Shown here: piece after piece, positions 69,937 through 84,300 of the stretch
How positions within the stretch are numbered: the stretch's first letter is position 1
Layout of the letters: every line of letters begins with the position of its first letter
NCBI GenBank assembly: GCA_951406725.2
Contig: OX597815.1
Location: 35,484,001 to 35,732,000 of the forward strand
DNA length: 248,000 nt
Reading direction: 5' to 3'
DNA from: Octopus vulgaris
Lineage: Eukaryota
Translations under genes and position numbers: made by a program
Notes under the pieces: generated by a model
Seen by the model: only the letters and a program-made list of their open reading frames with translations
Told to the model about the DNA's origin: nothing
Database searches by the model: none

Positions 69937-72900
69937 ATGATGTTTAACCCCAGATTTTTGTCTTTTTCTTGGACCAGAATTAATTACCAAGTTTTTGCTC
70001 AGCACAAACTCTTCAAAAACCCTACAAGATATTACTGTAAACCCAAAGCACTGCAACTTAAATATGATGCTGTTATTATTGGAGCAGGTTTTCTTCGTCT
70101 TTTCTGATTTAAATTTTTTAAATTATTCTGTGTGCTTTGTTTCTTCGATTTTAAATGTCAATATTATTTTAAAGAAGATATTTTGTTAATCGCTTATAGG
70201 TTAAAGCCCTTCACTTGTATTCCATTAGTAAGGGAAATGCATCAATATTACAATATTACAAGGGTTCAGAGGGAAGGGCCTTCGTCGATTCTATTGACTC
70301 CAATACTTCACTGGTACTTTATTTCGTCGACTTTGCCTTTCATCCTTTCGGGGTCGATAAATTAAGTACCAGTTGCGCACTGGGGTCGCTGTAATCGACT
70401 TAATCCGTTTGTCTGTCCTTGTTTGTCCACTCTATGTTTAGCCCCTTGTGGGTAGTACAGAAATAGGTACTTTATTTCATCGATCTCTAAAGGGTGAAAA
70501 GCAAAGTTAATCTCCCCGATGCCAACTCTGCTTTTCATCCTTTGGGGGGGGGGTCGATAAAATAAAGTGCAAGTGCAGTACTGGAGTCAATGGAATCGAT
70601 TAAGGCCTTCCTCTTATTATAATTCTATGGCTGCGAGCTGGCGGAATCGGTAGCACACTGAGCAAAATGCACGTTAGACTTAACCTTTCTGCACGTTCGA
70701 CTTAACCTTTCATCCTTTCGGGGTCGATAAATTAAGTACCAGTGAAACACTGGAGTTAATGTAATCGACTACTTACCTCCCTCAAAAATGTCAGTCCTTG
70801 TACTTTTAATAAAAAGAATTACTATTGCTATTATTAAGGCAGCGAGCAGGCAGAATCGTTAGCGCGCAGGGCAAAAATACCTAGCAGTACAGTAATAGTT
70901 CACTTTACAAGGACCCGCTTTACGAGATCCTGGATTTACGAGTTTTATTTTTCAAGCACAAGCTCTTTTCTTTTTTTTTTTTGAACAAAGTGCAGAAGTT
71001 TCTACTACCATAACAAATGCTTCTGCATATTACTAAGAAATTTATAGAGAGTGTTTTTTTTTTTTACGAGTGTGTAACGTTTAGGTTTTAATTAGTATAG
71101 TTACCAATCGTAACGGGTAAGATTGATTAGGTACACAATAATATGAAATGTCGGAGTCAGCAGTTGTAACGATAATAAGAAGAGTGGTCTCGGTGCGCGC
71201 ACTCGCGTACTCGCGCATCCGCGCTAGCTAGTCGTGGCTAGTCGATCCTACAACGACTACCCAGCAAAGTAAATAAAACAGAAAATAAATAATTTTTTTA
71301 ACACAAAGTAAATAATTTTTTTAACACAAAGTAAATAATTTTTTTTTTCTAAACAACGTAAATAATTTTTGTTAACAAATTAAATAGATATAACACACTA
71401 CCCGTTTTTGGTACCCCCATTATACTCTTAAAACGTCGTTTTATGTTTTAATAACTTTCAACCGAATTTGTATGAACATTTGTTATCGGATCGACAAAAT
71501 TTTCGCAAGGGTTCATACCAGCATCAGTTGTCATGCGATGTTGGCGGGGAGGAACAAGCACAGACACACAAACATATACACACACATGTATATATATATA
71601 TACATATATACGATGGCCTTCTTTCAGTTTCCGTCTACTAAATCCACTCACAAGGCTTTGGTCGGCCCGATGCTATAGTAGAAGACACTTACTGAAGGTG
71701 CCATGCACTGAGACTGAACCCAGAACCATGTGGTTCGTAAGCAAGCTACTTACTACACAGCCACTCCTATGCCTATGGAAAACTAGCAACAACAATAATA
71801 ATAATTTCTTTCTAATTTTGGCACAAGGCCAGTAATTTTGAGTGGTTGGGGTAATTGATTACATTAGCCGTAGTGCTCAACTAGTACTTATTTTATTAAC
71901 CCTGAAAGCAATAAAGGCAAAGTCGACCTTGGTGAGATTTGAACTCAGAACATGAAGATGGGCAAAATGCTGCTAGGTAACAGTTTAGCCTTATGAGTGG
72001 ATTTGGTAGATGGAAACTGAAAGAAGCCCATCGTATATATGTATATATATATATATGTATGTGTGTGTATATGCTTGTGTGTCTGTGTTTGTCCCCCCCC
72101 CCCCCCCCCAACATCACATGACACTGATGTTGGTATGTTTACATCCCTGTAACTTAGTAGTTCGGCAAAAGAGACCGATAGAATAAGTACTAGGCTTACA
72201 AAGAATAAGTCCTGGGGTCGATTTACTAGACTAAAGACGGTGCTCCAGCATGGCCACAGTCACATGACTGAAACAAGTAAAAGAGTAAAGAGTAAGAGTA
72301 TTGAATGCAAGGAAATTTCTGAAGTATGTTTCACAATAGATTATTTTAAACCCCTCTTCATTTTAGTTACTTATTCTGTGATTCATTTGTGTTAATTATT
72401 CTATGACTTTCATTCTCTTTGTTATTCTTTGATTCATCTTCCTCTCTCTTTCTGTGTTTCAGGACACAATGGATTGATCACTGTAAGTTGAAGTTCAATT
72501 TTTTTGCTTTACAATGTTTTAATTCTCTCCTGATTAATTTAGATTAGATCTCTCATTCACCCTGTCTTTTTTCTTCCTCTAGTCTCTCTTCTCCTTTTTC
72601 TCTCAGGGATGTGAGAGTAGGGGCAGAAAAAAGAATGATTTTGATACCAAGAAGATGGAAGAATGCAAAGATGTGGTCAAATGCAATGACACCTTCAATG
72701 CTTAAGCATATGGTCCACCTCAATACAATCTACTCTCTCACCCTCATTTTGAATCCAACAGTCTGATGGGAAAGACTTGATTGTTTCAATAATCTGATTC
72801 AAGTAACTCTACATTGATCTTTATTCAATGGCTCATCCCATTATTTCTGGGAGGTGATAGCAGTTATGGAGATAATGATTTTTTTTTGGGGTGGGGTTGT

Positions 72901-75190
72901 TATTTAGTCTTAAGTCAGCCATGATCTAGAAAAGCTTAATTCCAAAACTGTTTCAACTACAGTTAACATACTTCCATTTTAAGATAGTGGGAAGATTTGG
73001 CTGCTATTTCCAGTAGGGTAAGCAATTATGTAGAGGCCTTCATTCCTCTTTGGCTCACTTGTGATACTTGTGGCAGTGATGGTGAATTTAAGAAGTTAAT
73101 CTTTCAATTTATTAAAGTAAACAATTAAGTCTTCAAATGAACCACATGTTTGAGCAGTCAACATATATTATTAACAACTATTCCTTTCGCAGGCTGCCTA
73201 CCTACAGAAAGCTGGCTTGAAGGTTTGTGTCTTGGAGAAACGTCATGTAATTGGTGGAGCAGCTGTAACAGAGGAAATAATACCAGGTAAGTGTTTCATA
73301 TAATTAAACCTTAAGTAACTCATTGTTTTAATGTCTACCTTTTCCAGACATACATGGGAATTCATTGTGGCAGGTTTTCTACAACTAGTCACCTTGCCTG
73401 TCACCAACACTCAGCTGTTTCCAGGCAATTTTCCATACAGGGTTTACATATGTACATAACTGACAGGCCCCTGATATTAAATAAAATGCTAAGCACTTAT
73501 AGTATGGAAATTAATTGCTACAGCTTTGTATAGCTACTGGATTCGATGAGTATACAAACAGATTGGTTGCTTGTTTCTCTGGGATTGATCAAATTGATGT
73601 GGAAACTTCTAATGAGAACCCAATAATGAAGGCAGGAGAATACATCAGCCGAAACATTATGATGGCAACAAACAAGATGAGGACACCTATCAGTCCATTG
73701 TAAATAATAATGTACATAATTCCTCATCTCAAAAATATAGAATAGTATAATCAGTCCCAGTACTGGACTTTATTTATTGACCCTTGGCAGGGATGGAACT
73801 CAGAGTGCAGAAGACCAAAACAAATACCACTGCTGCTGCAACTATAACAACAACAACTGCAACTACTACTACAACTACTACTACTACTACTACATACCTT
73901 GTTTGTTGTCTCACCGTTGTTCTAAATTCTATTGTACTGGAGTTTATTTTGTGTCATTCCTACTTAATCTAATGAAATCAAGTCGGCAGATGATATAACT
74001 TCCTGCTTACAAAAATAAAAATGTTTCTAATCAAAGCAAGCAATTATTATATAATTCAATGTCCTTTTATGTAACCCCATGTACATTTGATGCCAAACTA
74101 GCCATGTAATTGATGCTACTCCTACTAATCATTCTAGGATTCAAGTTTTCCAGAGCTTCATATCTGCTGAGTTTGTTACGGCCACAGATTTACAAAGATT
74201 TGGAACTGAAGGTATATCATTTATATTCTTTTACTTGTTTCACTCATTGGACTACAGCCATGCTGGTGCACTGAAAGGTTTAGATGATCAAATCAACCCC
74301 AGTTCTTATTCATTTGTAGAAGTCTGGTACTTAAATTATGAGCCTCTTTTTGTTGATCCACTAAGGTTCAGGAATGTAAATAAACCAACACCTGTTGTTA
74401 ACAGTTGTGAAGTAGTGAGACAAACACAGGCACTCACACTCATATACATACATACATGGTTGGCGTTAGGAAGGGCATCAAGCTGTAGAAACTCTGCCAG
74501 ATCAAATTGGAGCCTGTGATGATGATGATGATGGTGGTGGTGAGAAAAATGTCAGAATTTTTTGTAAAAGTCCTTTTATTTCTTCATTATTATTATTATT
74601 AGCGCTTTTGTTCCTCTCAAGAACTTATAAAATACAATTTTGTGAATGTACAAACAGCTTGTTCATTTATATAAAACAGACGTTTTTTTGAGGGGGGATT
74701 GTTTAGAAGAGAACATTGTTTGTTTTTTTGGGGGTGAGGTTCCAAGACAATGGAGATGGATAGATATAAATATAGGTAGGTAGATAGGCTGACGGATATG
74801 AATGGGTAGAAGGAAAGAGAGAGAGAAAAGGTATCCACCTTCCTATTCACCATTCATTCATTTATTTAATTATTTTCCCCTTACCATTATATTGGAATGG
74901 GTTTAATGATGGTGACCACTTAAAAAAAAGAAAGAAAGAAAGGAAAAACAGGTGTGGTTTGGTCATCACTGAAAGTCTTTTTGCTTTCTTTCTATTTCTC
75001 TTCTTTCTTTTTCCTTTTTCCCTTTCTTCTTTTCATTTTTTTCCTTTTTCCTCCATTCTTTTTCTCCTCTTTGAGTTATATTTAGAATATACCCCTTCCA
75101 AACATTCATTTTTGGAGGGAAGTTTTTGATACATGAAAATACATTAGTATAATATTTGCAAATTAACAAATAAAATAAAACGAATATATA

Positions 75191-75221
<31 letters not shown>

Positions 75222-78200
75222 CTACGTAAAGCTAGAACATCCCAATGCTACACATATGTATCTGAACAGGTTTAGAGATGAGCTACATTTAGAATAAAGA
75301 ATTCAAATTCTCCATTTTACCTTCAAACATTCAATTTTAGGGAGGATTCCTTGATGAAGTGTGAGTGTGTGTGTGTGTGCATGTTTCCTTGTGTGTGTGT
75401 ATTTGGGAATATGTCCATGTTTATACTGTGTAACTTTGATCACACCTCTTTCAATTCCATGATTTTGCATTAGAAAACATTAGTATAACACTTACAAACA
75501 TACTGTCTCTGCTTTTCTTTCAAACATTCAACTTTGGAGAGAATTTTTTGATGAAATGTAGTTCCATTGCTTTTCGGTATTGCGGATCATCCCATGCACA
75601 TTTGTAAAAGGGAAAAATTTTGAATTTTCCATCGCCACATATTTCTAGATACTTACTTAATGGAATCTTGCGTAATTCCAGATGCTTACTTAATGGAATC
75701 TTCCTTAATTCTTCTTGTTGGATATGTTGCCTGTAGATTCTTGCACGTTGGCAGAGGGAATTATTTGCTTTGCCAATGTAATTTTCTTTGCAGTTTGGGC
75801 AGGTAATGTAGTATATGAGGTTTTGCGTTTTGCAGTTCATATTTATTTTAAAAAGGAATCTGATAGATGTATGTGTGTGTGTGGGTGGATGTGGCATGGC
75901 TGTGTGGTTAAGAAGCTTACTTCCCAACCATGTGGCCTTGGGTTCAGTCCCGCTGCACAACACTTTGGGTGTCTTTGCTAAAGTGGATTGGGTACATGGA
76001 AATTGAAAGAAATCTATCATGTGTGTGCGTCTGTGGTGGAGGTGCATGTGTATTTGTGTGTGTTTGCTCCCACAGCTGCTTGACAACTAGTGTTGGTTTG
76101 TTTATGTCCCTGTAATTTAGCCGTTCAGTAAAAGGGTCTAATACAATTAATACTGAAGTTAATTAATTCAGCTAAAACCAATCAGGGTGGTGTCCCAGCA
76201 TGGCCACAGTCCAATGACTGAAACAAGTAAAAGCTAAAATGTAACGATAAATAATATATACACACATATATCCATATGCGTGCATACATACATATATTTA
76301 TTCATTTATTTGTATTTATGACTAGCAGTATCACTCAGCGTTGCTTGGGTTTGTTTCGACCCTTTCGAATTGGAATTTTTGAAAAGTAAAAATTTAGCAT
76401 TATGTAGACAATGTATCCAACCATATCACAAAATAACTACATATCTGTATTACTAATATATTTAGCTTCTGCAAAGGCAATAAATTTACAAGAACTGTAA
76501 GAGCATTAGACACATCCATTGTGATATTTCATTACATCCTGTAATGACTTCACTTCAATTCCTTCTGAGAACAACTGTGCCTTTTGTCCTTTTCAGGTCA
76601 ATGGAATAAATTACTGGGGTAAATTTAATCAGCTATGCCTTCTCCAGAATGTATGGCATTGTACTAATGTTAGAAAGCAATATATTTAGGTTGTGCAATG
76701 AAAGTTTTAAATGAACAACTGGAAGTTGTGTGTTAAAATCATAACTAAGATTGTACAGAATTGAAAAAAATGGAAGGTGGGTTGATCACTTTTTAAATGC
76801 AAGCTTCGGAGCTTAAAATAATGAATTCAAACATTTTATTTCAACTACTTGATTATGTACATAGACAAGTTAAATATGAAGCTCATTTAAACAAGTTAAA
76901 TATGAAGTCATGCCCCATGTTTCACTGCCATGTAGCATGGCTGTTCATACACATGCATCATACAGTCTACCTTTTACTCTGAGCGAGAGGCCCTTTGTTA
77001 CCAGCAGAGGTAGGAGCTCTCTGAACTTTGTCCAGGCTATTCTGATTCTAGCAGCTACTCTTTCAGAGCATCCACCTTCTCACTACTGACTTGGTCATCT
77101 AGGTAACAGAAACTATCAAATACTAGTAGTTTTTCTCCCTGGAATGTGACAGAAGCTGTTCTCTGCACATTTTCAGTATTTATTGCTTCTGAGCATTTGC
77201 CACGTACAAAAACTATCTTCCCAATTAGCCTTCCTTTGATATTGCCGCACTTCTTAAATGCAAGCTTCAGAGTTTAAAATAATGAATTTAAGCATTTCCC
77301 TAAGATCAAGCAGGTCCATCTACCTGAAGGGATTTGTGGTTTGTCTGCCTTTCTACTTATTAAGATTTTGGTTTTAGCTAGGTTGACTCTAAGGTCCTTC
77401 GATTCTAATCCTTGCTTCCACACTTGAAACTTCTCCTCTAGTTCTGATAGTGACTCAGCAATTAGAGCAAGGTCATCAGCATAGAGGAGCTCCCAGGGGC
77501 ATCCTGTCTTGAATTCCTCTGTTATTGCCTGGAGGACTATGATGAATAAGAGGGGGCTGAGGACTGATCCTTGGTGGACCCCTACCCCTACCCAGAATTC
77601 TTCACTGTATTTGTTGCCAACTCTCACCTTACTGACAGCATCCCTGTACATGGCTTGCACAGCTCTCACTAACCATTCATCTATCCCTAGTTTTCTCATT
77701 AACCACCAGATAAGGGGATCGGGGGAACCTGTCAAAGGTTTTCTCCATGTCAACAAAAGCCAGGTACAGAGGCTTATCTTTGGCTAGGTATTTCTCCTGC
77801 AGCTGTCTTACCAGAAATGTAGCATCAGTAATGCTTTTCCCTGGCATGAACCCAAACTGCATCTCATCTAGGCTGACTCTTTCCCTAATTAGTTGGGCTA
77901 TGACCCTCTCTGTGACCTTCATTACCTGATCCAACAACTTGATCCCTCTGTAATTATTTGTATCTAATGTGTCACCTTTACCTTTGTAGCAGTTGACTAT
78001 GATGCTGCTACACCAGTCATTGGGTATGACTCCTTCTTGTATCACTTGGTTGACTATATGGGTGACTAGGCTATAGCCAACACCGCCAGATATTTCGAGC
78101 ATCTCTGCAAATGATTCCTAATGGGCTGGGGGCTTTCCCTGTCTTCATACCCTTAATTGCTTTATCTACTAAGGTATTGTCAATTTGGATGGCTGGTGCC

Positions 78201-79606
78201 TCTGTTGGGTTGGCATTCAGCAGACTCTCTTTTTCCCATTCATTCACTTTATTTAGTAACCTTTCATAGTGGTATCTCCAAACCTCTCTCTTTGCAGCCT
78301 CGTTTAATGCAAATGAACCATCATCCATGACATCACAATTCTCTCTCACATAGTCTTGCAACACAAAATAGGTCAAGTCTTTGGTACTCATGGTACAGAA
78401 CATTGGCAAATTTTTTTTTATCTGCTTCCCCTCTGGCTAAATAAACCTGTCTCCTAGCTCCCCTTCAGGCAGTCTGATACAATATATATATATAGATTAT
78501 AATAAGAGATATATACATGCATATGTAGTTTATGTATGTTTAGTTCTGGTATGTTGATGTAGTTTATATATATATTTAGATTTGGTAGGTGTATGTTTTG
78601 ATGTCATATGTCTGCACTGCATACTCACAAATAGAGATGACATAATGATTGTGTAATTTTATCTAGTGCAAATAAATTGCCAATTTTCATTTCATCAGCT
78701 ATACTACAATGCATTATAACATACAATTTGCATACATCAACTGTCAAGCTAAGCTGCTACCATTTAATTGTTGTAACAGCAGCCAAAACCACTGTGACTT
78801 GAAACTAAGAAGGAAGATAGTAAGCACATATTCAAGCACAGATAAATACTAGCCACAGGAGAATGTAAGAAATTAAGAATGGTAGTCTGTATCACTATCA
78901 CATAATGTCAAAAATTTAGGTAGCAACACTTGGTGCTGAGTTGTTATTTTCATATCCTGTTCAATATTTACAAAACGGGTCTCCTGTTCTAAATTTACTT
79001 TACATTTCTTTCAATATTTATAAATAAAGTGTATAGTTATTTAAACATTAAGGTGTTTATTTCCAAGAAACTATTATCTTGTCCATAATCTTCTTTGCAC
79101 TCTGTATTCAAAACCACAGTTTACAAATCCTGTATGAGTATAAATAAAGAGGTTTTTAACTACATTCATAAGTTTTCTGAAGACAGCATCAAATTTTAAT
79201 GTAAACATAACTTTATTCTTTCATTTCTTTTTCCAGAAATATGGGTTAAAGATCTTTCTAAGAAATCCAAGTTCTTACACACCGTTGTTGCAACCAAATA
79301 GTTCAAATCCCAAAGCTAAATCTCTCACACTGGGACGAGATGGCCACCTTAATAAACTGCAAATTGCTCAGTTCTCTCAATCTGATGCTGAGGTAAAGAA
79401 TCATAAATTCATTTATTGTAAACACAAATATGTTTTATAAATCTATGTAACATAATAATGAAGGTTTATTAAATGAAGGTTCATAAAATGCATCTTCATT
79501 CAAATTTTTGCACCTATATTATGAAGATATTTTTCATCTTCAATTCCAGTCAACATTTACAAAACAATATTTCACAAACATTTCTAACAAAGGTATAATA
79601 CTGTGA

Positions 79607-79654
<48 letters not shown>

Positions 79655-81150
79655 TTATATTTATTTACAAATATTTCAGAAATTTGAAAGATATGAAGAG
79701 CAATTACAAAGAATTGTGGATTCTCTGGATCCTTTGTTAGATAATCCTGCTCTACATTTACCAACTTTCAATGAAAGAGGGATTAAGAAATACATAGAAT
79801 TATGGTCATCCTTGAATTCTTTTGGAAAGTCTAGTAAGTTGTCTGTGTTATTCTTTTACTAGTTTCACTCATTAGTCTGTGGCCATGCTGGGGCAAATCC
79901 TCAAATGGGGTAGTTGATTATATCAACACTAGTATTTGGGAGATATATTATTTCATTGGCTTCAGAAGTACAAAAGGTTAAGCTGGTCTCAACTAAATTT
80001 GAAATCAGAATCTAAAGGGACAATATACCACAAATTATTCTGTCTGATATTCTCTCAAATTTGATAATATTTCTGATATTATGTTTCTAAATATTTAATA
80101 TGGGTCTTTTTTTACCCGCCTTTTATCATAAGCCATGGTGTTGGTTTTCTATATCCCTTTAAGTTTATACCACCTCCACAATAATCTACAGTTTCTCTAT
80201 TAAGAAAGAAAGATATATGGCAGTTCAATATCTGCTTCAATGACATGAAAAAATGGTTTAAAATATAAGAATCCTTTTGTTTTATTTGGGTTTTTTTTAT
80301 TTACTGGTAAAAGGTAAGATAGTATCTTCAAGAGTTTTAATGTATTGATGAGATGCAGTTTGGTTTTGTACCTGGAAAGAGTACCACAGATGCAGTAAGA
80401 CAGCTGCAGGAAAGGTACTTGGCCAAAAGTAAGCCTTTGTCAACCTGGAGAAAGCTTTCAACAGAGTTCTCAGCTTTGTTATATGGTGGTCTCTAAAGAA
80501 GTTAGGAGTTGAGGAGTAGCTTGTTAGAGCTGTACAAGCCATGTACATTGGTGCTGTCAGTAAGGTGAGAGTTAGCCATGAATACAGTGATGAATTTAGC
80601 ATACAGGTAGGGAGTCACCAGGGCTCAGTTCTCAGCCCACTCTTATTCATTATAGTCCTTCAGGCCATAACAGAGGAATTCAAAACTGTGCCCATAGGAA
80701 CTGTTATATGCTGATGACCTTGCTCTTATTGCAAAATCTTTAGCAGAATTGGAGAAGAAATTCCAGATATGGAAACAAAACCTGGAATAAAAGGGCCTTA
80801 AAGTTAACCTAGCAAAGACCAAAGTTGTTAGTAAGAAAGAAGATAAAACTCTCTTTCCATCGGGTAAATGGCCCTGCTCAATATGTAGGAAAGAAGTTGG
80901 AAGAAACTATGGACACATAAGAGGTGCAGTGGAATCACAGGTACATTAACAGATAAAGTTGTCTTTACAGTTCTATATTTAAGAGATGAGGAATTATGTA
81001 CATTATTTACAATTGACGGATATTTGTCCTCATCTTGTTTGTCGTTAACACAACGTTTCGGCTGATATACCCTCCAGCCTTCATCAGGTGTCTTGGGGAA
81101 ATTTCGAACCTGAGTTCTCATTCCTAAGGTATTTTTCGAAGTTGTTGTTG

Positions 81151-81219
<69 letters not shown>

Positions 81220-81298
81220 TCACTGCCTGGAATCGAACTTGGAATCTTGTTGTTAGTAGCCGGTGCTCTTAACCACTATGCCATATACTAAGTAGTGA

Positions 81299-81340
<42 letters not shown>

Positions 81341-84300
81341 TAACAACAACAACAACAATGTAAATAATGGTGAAAATACCTTTGTTGTTTATTAGCCACT
81401 TCACTTTTGTAGGAATACTAAATACCCACATACATACACACACACACACATATATATATATAGAGAGAGACAGACAGACAGACAGACAGATATCATAAGA
81501 GTGGGTTTAATAATAATTTCTAACTTAGAAACAAATACTGACATGAATTCAAATACCATTTCAGTTCAGAAATGCAAGGCCCAAAACTCGAAACTACTTA
81601 CAATGAAACATTGTGTTATGTTGATTTCAAATTTTGGCACAAGGCCAGCAATTTCAGAGGAGATAAGTTGATGTAAACCTCCCTTCATTGGACACTAAAT
81701 TCTGCTTGCGAAGACCTGTTGGGGCAAGTGAAATCGAAATTTTAAACTCAGAACATAAAGACAGACAGTATACTACTAAGCATTTAGGCCAGCTGGCTAA
81801 TGATTCTGCCAGCTTGCAAAGAAAAGGGTAAGGGGAAAATAATGGTGGCATATTGAATGTTGTTGGGGTTTTTGATACTCTGACAATATCATCAAACATT
81901 AATTTGCATATCTCCATTCTACAGTCATGGACTGATCCTGTGCAGGTGGCACGTAAAAACTTATACATTTGGCAAGTAGGTTGCTAAAACCCAAGATGAG
82001 CAAACACAAATACATGGTAGACAAAAGCTAAAAGACCGTGACCATGCTCGGAGTGGTTGGCGTTAGGAAGGGCATCCAGCTGTAGAAACTCTGCCAGATC
82101 AGATTGGAGCCTGGTGCAGCCATCTTGTTTGCCAGTCCTCAGTCAAATTGTCCAACCAATGCTAGCATGGAAAGTGGACATTAAACGATGATGATGATAA
82201 TATACAAGGGGCTTCTTTCAGTTTCCATTTCCCAAATCCATTCACAAGGCTTTAGTTGGCTTGGGGCCAAAATAGAATACACTTACTCAAGGTGCCTCAT
82301 AGTGGGACTGAACCCAGAAACTTATGGTTAGGAAGCAATCCTCTTACACACAACCACAAACAAATAATTTTTTTATTTTAACCAATTACACTAAATATTT
82401 TCTCTTTTGAAATGTCAACATTTTGTTCTATTTTTAGTAAAACAACTGAAACATGATAAAACAGCACTTCTCGAGTTAATGACAGCCCCTGCTTCCAAGG
82501 TTAGTTTCACTCAATGTCTTGTTTTCATTTGTCCAACAAATTTTCTGCTTGGAAAATGTTGAGAACCAAGAGGGCTGTCCACACTGATTCTATCATGTTT
82601 GAAAAAATGTGATTGTCTCTTTTTTTTCTGTGTGTGTGTGTGTGTGTGTGTGAAGTACCAATGGTCCTCATAAATATCCACTAGACTGGGGAAATATATA
82701 CAACTGATGTTCAGTTTCAACTTGTGTAGGTTAATGCCCGTAGAAAAACAATGGATTGAGAAAACGTTCTCAGGGGTCTGCAGTTCTTGGGAGGAATAAC
82801 TAGTAAAAGTGTTTATGGGGAAGATTGGGATACACAGAATGGTGAACGAGAGAAGAAGAATTGATGCATTCAGTGGATTAGGCAATGGTGGTACGAAGCT
82901 TGTTAATTAAGAAGGGGAGAAACTATTGAAATAGTGGCAGAGGATATGGATAGAAAAACATGTCTGATTGTAAATTAGTTTTCTGCAGTCGATCAAATGA
83001 CCTTCTTTTATATATGTTCTAGAATGTTGTATTGTGTGGAACAGCCCCATTCTCAATATGTAAACATTGGAGTCTTGTTTGTGCTTTGTAGAAGATTAGC
83101 TACTGATCAGAGCTAAAGTGCATCTTAGCTCTGAAGATGTGTCATAGTCTTTAGGATGTTGATTTAATAATGTTGTATATGTGGTTACCATAGTAAATTA
83201 CCAGAGACAACAATGTGTTACATTTGTTGCAACTTTGAGAGTTTTAGTTGTGTGTTGTTTAAAGTTAGGTGGTGCAATGTTGCAAGAGTGTTTTCTTGAC
83301 ATGTGAGTGAGTGTTTTAAGTCAGCTGTAGGAAATTAGGTTGCGAGTCTCTGCCTGCTAGAAAATATCTAAGCACCCACTACACTCTCAGAGTGGTTGGC
83401 ATTAGGAAGGGCATCCAGCTGTAGAAACTCTGCCAGATTAAGATTGGAGCCTGGTGCAGCCATCTGGTTTGCCAGCCCTCAGTCAAATTGTCCAACCCAT
83501 GCTAGCATGGAAAGCGGATGTTAGACGAAGATGATGATGATGATGATGACTTCTATTTATGGAAATATTGAATATCTTTCATGGTGTGCTTAAATCCTGG
83601 ACAGAAAGTTAAAGGGAAATAGAAAATTATACCATTGGGTAGAGATTTGTAAGAAGTAGGAGGAAATAATTTCACAAAAGGAATTACGTTACCAGTGTTA
83701 AATGAATGTTAGAGAGAGCCTCAGTATAAACTGTGATGATGTAATGTTTCTGATAGACCCATTTGTCAGAAACTTTGGAGGAGCTGATGTCAGACTGTGT
83801 CGATGTTTTTTGGCAAATTTCACCTAAGTTCTGAATGAGAAGAGCCTCCTGGTGTGTGACAGGGAAAGAAGTCTCAGATAGATATGATTCCACAGAAGCC
83901 ATATTGTTAGTCACAGATGAATAATCCTCTCATCAACGATCAACAGTGATCTTTTTTCTTTTTGTCAATTTCCAAATGTGTATTCTGACTTCTTTACCCT
84001 GGGGTACACCTTGACTTAACACTACCCTAGCTATCATTAATACTCAGTCCCAAAGGCGGCAAGCTAGCAGAAATGTTAGCACACCAGACAAAAGGCTTAG
84101 TTGTATTTCACCTGCCATTATGTTCTGAGTTCAAATTCCGCTGAGGTTGACTTTGCCTTTCATCCTTTCAGGGTCATTAAATTAAGTACCAGTTACTCAC
84201 TGGGGTTGATGTAATCGACTTAATCCATTTATCTGTCCTTGTTTGTCTCCTCTATGTTTAGCCCCTTGTGGGTAATAAAGAAATATAATCCCCAGTCCCA

